Made by a program: the position numbers and the translations under genes
Notes under the pieces: model-generated
Told to the model about the DNA's origin: nothing
Seen by the model: the letters and a program-made list of their open reading frames with translations, nothing else
Database searches by the model: none
Part shown: piece by piece, positions 58,527 through 64,000 of the stretch
Position numbering within the stretch: the stretch's first letter is position 1
How the letters are laid out: the number at the start of each line of letters is the position of its first letter
IMG/VR virus record: IMGVR_UViG_3300032093_000041
Coordinates: 41,679-105,678 of that record
Length of the DNA: 64,000 bases
Reading direction: 5' to 3' (one strand)
Source: a virus

Positions 58527-58736
58527 ATGAAAGAGTTCTGTGGAGAAATCATCTACACCAATGCCGATGGCGACAATGTTCAGTCGGACATCTGTAAGCA
58601 CAACACAGATGAGGTGACCGAGGGGTACCGTGCCTTCCTTCATGCCAACCTTGACGAATGGCTGAACAAGGCAAATGGTGAAGGCGCATTTTGGGTCGGC
58701 GACCCTGAATACTTCCGTAGTTGGGAGAAGGAATGA
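58527..58736 (+). CDS. Hypothetical protein (leaderless)
   Basis: ATG at the predicted TSS; coupled to the next gene. Confidence 0.7.
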   Translation: MKEFCGEIIYTNADGDNVQSDICKHNTDEVTEGYRAFLHANLDEWLNKANGEGAFWVGDPEYFRSWEKE

Positions 58737-58936
58737 GCCACCCACCTATCTATTACAAGGTGCGTTCGTTCGTGAGGTTTGTCTTTTGGACAACTCTCAT
58801 CGGCGCAACTCTATTTCTTATCGCATCTATCGGAGATGAGAAACAAGGCGTCCCTGACTGCGAGTATTTTCACTACCCGTGTGAGACCACGACAACTCTG
58901 TACGACCCATACGGGTACAACATCTACCAACCCTGA
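58733..58936 (+). CDS. Small membrane protein, paralogue of 54954-55151
   Basis: TM segment + PDCEYFHYPC..DPY. Confidence 0.7.
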   Translation: MSHPPIYYKVRSFVRFVFWTTLIGATLFLIASIGDEKQGVPDCEYFHYPCETTTTLYDPYGYNIYQP

Positions 58937-58944
58937 AAGACACA

Positions 58945-59334
58945 ATGATTACCTGCGATACCTGTGGTGTAGAGCAACCGAACACACAACAAGACAGCCT
59001 TCCTGACGGGGGCTGGTCTTTGCCTATTGACCACTTCGGCTACTACGGTGGCTTTGACGACAATGTGGGCGTCCTACTTGGTAGCGATGAAAGTCGCTTT
59101 ATCAGTATGTGTCACGACTGCGTTGTCAAACTTCTAGATGCTTTTCCGTTGCTCGGAGAGAAACTTCGTGGTGGCTGTCACCCGAACTTCATTCATCACG
59201 CTGACTTTGACAGTAATGATGACTGTACCCTTGACCCTTCATGCTGTCGCTGGGCTTGGGGTTGGAAAGGCAAAGAGACCTACATCGGAGACGGCAAAGG
59301 TGGCTGGGTGCTCGTATCTAAGGATACAAAGTGA
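58945..59334 (+). CDS. Cys-rich hypothetical protein
   Basis: CDTC..GYYGGFDD..CHDC. Confidence 0.7.
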   Translation: MITCDTCGVEQPNTQQDSLPDGGWSLPIDHFGYYGGFDDNVGVLLGSDESRFISMCHDCVVKLLDAFPLLGEKLRGGCHPNFIHHADFDSNDDCTLDPSCCRWAWGWKGKETYIGDGKGGWVLVSKDTK

Positions 59335-59377
59335 CTGCCATCATCGTTCTCGTTGCGATTGCGTTGCTGTTCGCACT

Positions 59378-59599
59378 CTAAAACAGCGTCTGCTCGCCGT
59401 TTGAGCCTTCTCGCTTACCACCACGCTTAGTCTCTGTTTCCACACAGATGGAATGAGCGTACTTGTGCTGGTTCTTCACACCCTTTATTCCTGTGTTGTT
59501 GTCTGAACGCACCCACGCCAACACCAACTTCATTGTTCCACTTTGCCCTGGCTGGACTTCGTGATTACAGAACTCACACACATAGCGAACGTACGACAT
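59378..59599 (-). CDS. Small Zn-binding hypothetical protein
   Basis: CEFC..HSIC. Confidence 0.55.
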   Translation of the reverse strand: MSYVRYVCEFCNHEVQPGQSGTMKLVLAWVRSDNNTGIKGVKNQHKYAHSICVETETKRGGKREGSNGEQTLF

Positions 59600-59680
59600 C
59601 TCATAAATAATACCGGGCGGGGCTGCTAAGCGCAACGGGTTTGCTTTGACGGTGGTGGAAGAGGGCTGGTTGGGTACACG

Positions 59681-59724
59681 AAAAAAGGGGGGTCGCCCAC
59701 CGTACTTGGCAGGCGACCCCCCTT
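59681..59724 (-). terminator. Intrinsic terminator
   Basis: A6 + GGGGGGTCGCC/GGCGACCCCCC stem. Confidence 0.75.
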
Positions 59725-59740
59725 CCGTAGGGGGTACGGT

Positions 59741-60316
59741 CTAGTTGTTCTTGGCGTTGGTGATTGTCTTACACGCCATCGTGAACGCCTTGAAGATGTC
59801 TGCGACAGTCCCTTCCATCTCGCCTTCCAACATCTCAGGCTCGTCATAGACAGGCAAGCCCTTGTCGTTGTAGCGATAGAACACGGTTGTTCCGATGGCT
59901 TGTCCTTCCCACGGATACAGACCCACGATAAGCCCTTCACGCACATCGCTTGTTGGGTTCGTCTTGTACTCTTCTTCGTACATTCCACGGCTCCAATCTT
60001 CGGGCAGGCTCTCCACCCCTTCGTGTGTTGGCTTTGCGTAGCCTTCTACGACATACGCAAGCCACTTCCATTGAACCGATGAGAACTGTGCCATCATCGT
60101 TTCAGCGAGTGCTGACAGCATCAACGGCAAGGTGTCGGTTGGGTGTCCATCGTTGTAGTCGGGTGCGATGAAGCCTTCGCCTGTCGGTAGTTCACCGAGC
60201 AGTACAGGTGGCGTATCGCACATTCCATTGTTGTCCACGCACATCTCGTACTTGACTTCCATCGCGCGAGCGATTACAGAAGCCAATAGTTCAGATGGTG
60301 TCTGTTCTTCTTCCAT
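59741..60316 (-). CDS. Hypothetical cassette gene
   Basis: 191-aa ORF with own promoter and terminator. Confidence 0.8.
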   Translation of the reverse strand: MEEEQTPSELLASVIARAMEVKYEMCVDNNGMCDTPPVLLGELPTGEGFIAPDYNDGHPTDTLPLMLSALAETMMAQFSSVQWKWLAYVVEGYAKPTHEGVESLPEDWSRGMYEEEYKTNPTSDVREGLIVGLYPWEGQAIGTTVFYRYNDKGLPVYDEPEMLEGEMEGTVADIFKAFTMACKTITNAKNN

Positions 60317-60359
60317 TTGTGTACCCCCCTATGGGTAGTTGGTGTGTATTACAAGGTAG

Positions 60360-60403
60360 AAGATACAGGCGATAACACAGTTTGTCAAGTGTCGTTTGTC
60401 ACA
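60360..60403 (-). promoter_or_regulatory. Promoter with TGTGAC box
   Basis: TGTGACAAACGACAC-TTGACA-17-TATCTT. Confidence 0.85.
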
Positions 60404-60618
60404 GGCGAGACAGGGGTGACAGACAGGTGGCGAGTTGGCAGGTGGCGACGAAACTGAGTGGCGACGGCGCAGATGCGCCCGATAGCCCCGCGCTGCGATG
60501 CGACCGTCCGGGGCTCGCACCTTCCGACGGTGGCGGGAGACGGCGCACGGGCAGTCGTTGGGCAAGCAAAAAGCCCGCCCCCTTTCGGAGACGGGCAGTT
60601 CGCCGTGTTGTTCAGTTG

Positions 60619-60975
60619 TTAGCGGTCTGGATTAGGCATTGCCTTCACCGTAAAAGTTCCGCTTGCATCGTGGTGAGAGAGGTGACAAGTAAGCACCATT
60701 GTTTCGGGGTCAAGCGTGTAGCGCAATGACCATTCCGAACGAACGGTAATACTTTCCAACAACTTCATCGGCGTATCGGCGTGGAAAATACCGTCAAGCC
60801 CACCACTCCACAATGGGAATCCCTCAATGCGCCACCAAGTGTCGCCTTCGTGAAGTTCCTCATTATGGGCAATGAGCGTGTTGGCAACCTCAGCGAACAA
60901 GTCTGTCGCAAAGTCCCACTCCACTTCGTCTGAAGTGTTGCTCACCTCTTCCCACTCAATGACAGAATCAGTCAT
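60619..60975 (-). CDS. Hypothetical cassette gene
   Basis: Acidic; SHHDA.G motif; terminator hairpin at 60568-60596. Confidence 0.75.
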   Translation of the reverse strand: MTDSVIEWEEVSNTSDEVEWDFATDLFAEVANTLIAHNEELHEGDTWWRIEGFPLWSGGLDGIFHADTPMKLLESITVRSEWSLRYTLDPETMVLTCHLSHHDASGTFTVKAMPNPDR

Positions 60976-61004
60976 GATTCCCCCTTTTGTGAGTTGAGAA
61001 TCTA

Positions 61005-61033
61005 AGACTACAAAGTTAGTAGCCACTTGTCAA
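61005..61033 (-). promoter_or_regulatory. sigma70-type promoter
   Basis: TTGACA-17-TAGTCT. Confidence 0.75.
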
Positions 61034-61331
61034 ATAGTTATTGTGTGACATTAGCCACTTGCGAACAATGCGATGAGTGCGATGACTACAACAATAGAGA
61101 CTAATGACATGGGCATACCTTAGTGGCTGTCGGCAAGCAACGCAACCCGATGTCGCCGATGTCGCCGATGGCAACACAGATGGGGCGGAAGTCCCGGACG
61201 GGATTTTTGTCCCGCGGGGCTCCCACAGGACTTTGACGGTGGTGGAAGACCCTTCTCCCAGTCTGAGACACTTTCCCCCAGTTAGTCTCACGAGACAGTC
61301 GCACCAAATGTGTCTCACCGAACACCTGTTC

Positions 61332-61375
61332 TGTGACAAATGACACTTGCTAACTGTGCTTGACACCTGTACCCT
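61332..61375 (+). promoter_or_regulatory. Promoter with TGTGAC box
   Basis: TGTGACAAATGACAC-TTGCTA-17-TACCCT. Confidence 0.75.
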
Positions 61376-61509
61376 TCTATGTGGGCAACCGACCCAACTA
61401 GCCTACGAGTTCGCAAGCGACCTGCCCGTAGGGGGACTAGAAGGGAAGGGGGTATGTCGTAGGGAAGGCACACCCGCCCACTCAACACCTAATAGATAAG
61501 GGGAACGGA

Positions 61510-62103
61510 ATGGGAATGGACGTATTTGGGCAAGACCCAAAGAATGAAAAGGGCGAATACTTCCGCAACAATGTGTGGTGGTGGCGTCCCCTGTGGGAGT
61601 TCTGCGAGTTTGTCGCACCTGAACTTACGAGCATGGTTGAGAACGGATACTCCAATGACGGAGACGGGCTTGACGGAGAAGATGCGAAGGAACTTGCCAA
61701 AGTTCTACGCAAGAGCCTGCGTGACGGAACGCTGGACAACTACGAGCAGACACGCAACGAGTGGCTTGCGTCTTTGCCTATTCGCCCCTGTGTTCATTGT
61801 CAGGCGACTGGTAAGCGCACTTGGTACACCAACCCCGACAACAATGGCGACTACACGCCTTCTGTGGAATACAGCATTGCGGAAGCCTTTGCCAACGAGA
61901 TAGCCACCGAAGGTAATGGTTGTTTGCCGACCTACACACCTGTTGAGAAGCCCGAAGGCTGGCTGGAAGAAACCAAAGAATGTAACGCCTGTGGGGGAAC
62001 TGGCGGTCAGCAACACTTTGCGAAGAACTATCCGTTTGACAAGAAGAATGTCCGTGAGTTCGCTACTTTCTTAGCAAACTGCGGTGGCTTTCAGATTTGC
62101 TAA
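61510..62103 (+). CDS. Conserved phage protein with a DnaJ-type CxxCxGxG zinc finger
   Basis: MGMDV..YFRNNVWWWRPLW..CVHCQATG..CNACGGTG..CGGFQIC. Confidence 0.8.
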   Translation: MGMDVFGQDPKNEKGEYFRNNVWWWRPLWEFCEFVAPELTSMVENGYSNDGDGLDGEDAKELAKVLRKSLRDGTLDNYEQTRNEWLASLPIRPCVHCQATGKRTWYTNPDNNGDYTPSVEYSIAEAFANEIATEGNGCLPTYTPVEKPEGWLEETKECNACGGTGGQQHFAKNYPFDKKNVREFATFLANCGGFQIC

Positions 62104-62321
62104 TGAAACGCATTGACCAACTCGCAAACGAATGGGTGAAGGGCGCACTTGCTGGAAAGCGGGTGCGCCTTATCCGTTGCTCAGACCCATACACGAAACT
62201 ACAAAGTGGTGACGAAGGCGTTGTGGACTACATTGACGACATGGGTACTGTTCATGTCAAGTGGGACAACGGCTCATCACTCGGTCTAATACAAGGAGAA
62301 GATACATGGACATACGAGTAG
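62103..62321 (+). CDS. DUF4314-family protein
   Basis: RVRL...DPY..G.EG.V..IDDMGTVHVKWDNGSSLGLI.GED. Confidence 0.8.
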   Translation: MKRIDQLANEWVKGALAGKRVRLIRCSDPYTKLQSGDEGVVDYIDDMGTVHVKWDNGSSLGLIQGEDTWTYE

Positions 62322-62587
62322 ACCTCGCCAGTTGGCGATACTGGACAGATGAAGAAATAGTGGAAACGCTTTACGAGCATTACTACACGCTTGCCTCAAC
62401 GGGGGAACACGCTGTCATGGCTGTTCTACACGACATCACCAAGCACCGTTTCTTCCACTATCACTTGGTAGATGACGAGCGCATGGGTCTTATCCTTGTC
62501 AAGTTCGCCCGTGAACTGGAAGATAAAGGGCAGATGTCTGTCCCCGCTATGGACTTCTACCGTTCTCAACAGACCGACAAGGGATAG
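62306..62587 (+). CDS. Hypothetical protein
   Basis: SD AAGGAG; followed by a terminator. Confidence 0.65.
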   Translation: MDIRVDLASWRYWTDEEIVETLYEHYYTLASTGEHAVMAVLHDITKHRFFHYHLVDDERMGLILVKFARELEDKGQMSVPAMDFYRSQQTDKG

Positions 62588-62610
62588 TCTTTCCTACCCC
62601 TGTCACGCTC

Positions 62611-62652
62611 AACCCCCTGTTTCGTCTCACGCTGGCGAAGCAGGGGGTTTTG
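62611..62652 (+). terminator. Intrinsic terminator
   Basis: AACCCCCTG/CAGGGGGTT stem + TTTGCTTT. Confidence 0.75.
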
Positions 62653-62848
62653 CTTTGTCTACCATCACGGCCATCAGCGCAGCGGCCATCAGAACTATCT
62701 GGCCTAAATAAAACCCGCCGGGGCTACCGACCCCCGTCTTCACTACTTTGACGGTGGTGGAAGACCCTTCGTGGGGAAGTTCGGGGACAGCAGAAAGCCC
62801 CCACCTGCCGAGGCAAGTGAGGGCTAACTGTTGGAAGTGGGTTGTGGT

Positions 62849-63304
62849 TTAGTTGTTCTTGGCGAGAAGTGCGTTGAGAGCAGAGAGCAAGGCGTTAGCG
62901 AGTGAGCCTGTTCCGTTGCCTTCGTCTGTCACGAGGTCGTCAGGGTCAGTCTCAAAGGCGAGAGCCGACCCCATTTTTCCACCACGCTCAACGCACGAGC
63001 AAAGGCGTACACGCTTGCGCTCAGGGTGTGCGCTTGGTGCGCCTTCTACTTCTCCGTTGTCACCGAGTGGCGCAGCCCAACCTGTTGTGATGATGCCAAT
63101 GCCTTGGTCGTCTTCTTTGAGCGACTGAATGTGTGGAAGGCTCTCCAACGCTTCGTAAATGTCTTCTGCTGTTGCGAGAAGACGGAAACCGTCAGCGCAG
63201 TATGCGAACAGTATCGCCTGTTCCATAGTGAAGCCTTCGCCCCCTTCCATAGTGAGTGTGCGCTGGGCAAGTTCTGCCATACGCACAGGTGATGATGTGG
63301 TCAT
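62849..63304 (-). CDS. Hypothetical cassette gene
   Basis: TTGWAAP..PSAHPERKRVRL; hairpin at 62794-62825 downstream. Confidence 0.75.
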   Translation of the reverse strand: MTTSSPVRMAELAQRTLTMEGGEGFTMEQAILFAYCADGFRLLATAEDIYEALESLPHIQSLKEDDQGIGIITTGWAAPLGDNGEVEGAPSAHPERKRVRLCSCVERGGKMGSALAFETDPDDLVTDEGNGTGSLANALLSALNALLAKNN

Positions 63305-63338
63305 CTCTGTCCCCTTTCGTGGGCTAGTAGGTGATTAC

Positions 63339-63383
63339 AAGTTACAGAGTGTAAGGCACAATGTCAATGTGTCGTTTGTCACA
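63339..63383 (-). promoter_or_regulatory. Promoter with TGTGAC box
   Basis: TGTGACAAACGACACA-TTGACA-17-TAACTT. Confidence 0.85.
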
Positions 63384-63730
63384 GGGATTAGTCGGACACA
63401 TCACATAGGACACATCACAGTCGGACTAACCCCAAACTTTGAGCAAGTCCAAACTTCGGCTGAACCAGATGCGACTTCTGGGGCGACATCTGGGGTGACA
63501 GCCCCGCGAGCCGTCTTCGCCCAACGGGGCTCACAAGGCTGACGGTGGTGGAAGAAGCCCCCTGCGCCCGTGCGTGTGTGCGCCTGCCCGTGCGTGTGCG
63601 TACCTGTGCGCCTGCCCGACCCTGTGACAACAGACACAGAAGAAAGATGTTGTGTGAGTGTTGTGCCTGTGCCTTACACCCTGTATCTTTCACCCTGTAC
63701 CAAACAGCCCGATGGCAAGGTCGGTAGGCG

Positions 63731-63785
63731 TGTGACAAACGACACACAGAAACCTATTGACAACTACCATTGACACCTGTAAGGT
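63731..63785 (+). promoter_or_regulatory. Promoter with the TGTGAC box one helical turn further upstream
   Basis: TGTGACAAACGACAC-11 nt-TTGACA-17-TAAGGT. Confidence 0.75.
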
Positions 63786-63828
63786 ACACATTGTCACTTT
63801 GACACCTACCAAGAAAGAAGGAAATGCC

Positions 63829-64000
63829 GTGACACACTCAGTAGAGCAAGCAACACGCCTGTACCTGTTGGCAAAAGAAGCCAGCGCACAGGCAGAAGCA
63901 CAAAAGAAGGAAGCAGAGCAGGCGTTGCGTGAAGCACTCGCCATCGCAGGCATCAACACAAGCGTTGTGGACGGCATCAAAGTCGCCATCGTGGACGGAC
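63829..64000 (+). CDS. Hypothetical protein, truncated by the window end
   Basis: GTG after SD AAGGA; MTHSVEQATRLYLLAKEA... Confidence 0.6.
   Translation, partial: MTHSVEQATRLYLLAKEASAQAEAQKKEAEQALREALAIAGINTSVVDGIKVAIVDG

Larger units (their letters stand above)
55315..63531. repeat. Seven inverted-repeat elements AGYCCCG-N18/19-CGGGGCT
   Basis: Starts 55315, 56688, 57451, 58359, 60484, 61190, 63500; lone CGGGGCT at 56227, 56952, 57694, 59618, 62719. Confidence 0.85.
55575..63555 (+). repeat. Ten dispersed same-strand copies of GACGGTGGYGGRAGA
   Basis: GACGG starts at 55575, 56260, 56982, 57724, 58405, 59648, 60526, 61235, 62750, 63541; all intergenic. Confidence 0.92.

Noticed and set aside
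55575-63555. CRISPR array
   Set aside because: Repeats are ~15 bp, 0.7-1.5 kb apart and separated by whole genes; no cas genes.
55575-63785. Mycobacteriophage L5-type stoperators (GGTGGMTGTCAAG)
   Set aside because: GGTGG and TGTCAAG occur in separate motifs. TGTCAA is the reverse -35 box, and the polar repeat does not follow transcription direction.

Overview
Window from a large tailed phage (HK97-fold capsid), most likely infecting Actinobacteria: two WhiB genes, actinobacterial-type SSB, an Rpf domain and leaderless promoters. All protein family names were recognised by eye from motifs, not by database search. (1) 1-27.7 kb, + strand, head module. Giant ORFs (a partial ORF, then 2450, 1267 and 3927 aa) sit directly before the major capsid gene. 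They are strings of unrelated enzyme/effector domains (ART-like, Nudix, J-domain, zeta-toxin-like kinase, GNAT, HTH, OGFr-like) separated by a recurring peptide [IV]SG[RKQSF]M that is conserved in protein but not DNA. Two share a 36-aa N-terminal tag, and each of the three complete giants overlaps a small downstream ORF. This suggests packaged, protease-processed polyproteins. (2) 27.7-55 kb: replication/metabolism/regulation genes (class II RNR, thioredoxin, primase-helicase, SSB, HARP-SNF2 helicase, ParB-like, PAPS-reductase-like, Rpf/SLT hydrolase), 10 tRNAs decoding A-ending/AGG codons, and a candidate ~190-nt ncRNA. (3) 55-64 kb: an array of self-contained small-gene units, each with a stereotyped sigma70 promoter (usually with a TGTGAC box) and usually a terminator. 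They are punctuated by ten same-strand copies of GACGGTGGYGGRAGA and seven AGYCCCG-N18/19-CGGGGCT inverted repeats. The polyprotein set and the cassette-like array are the best candidates for undescribed systems.
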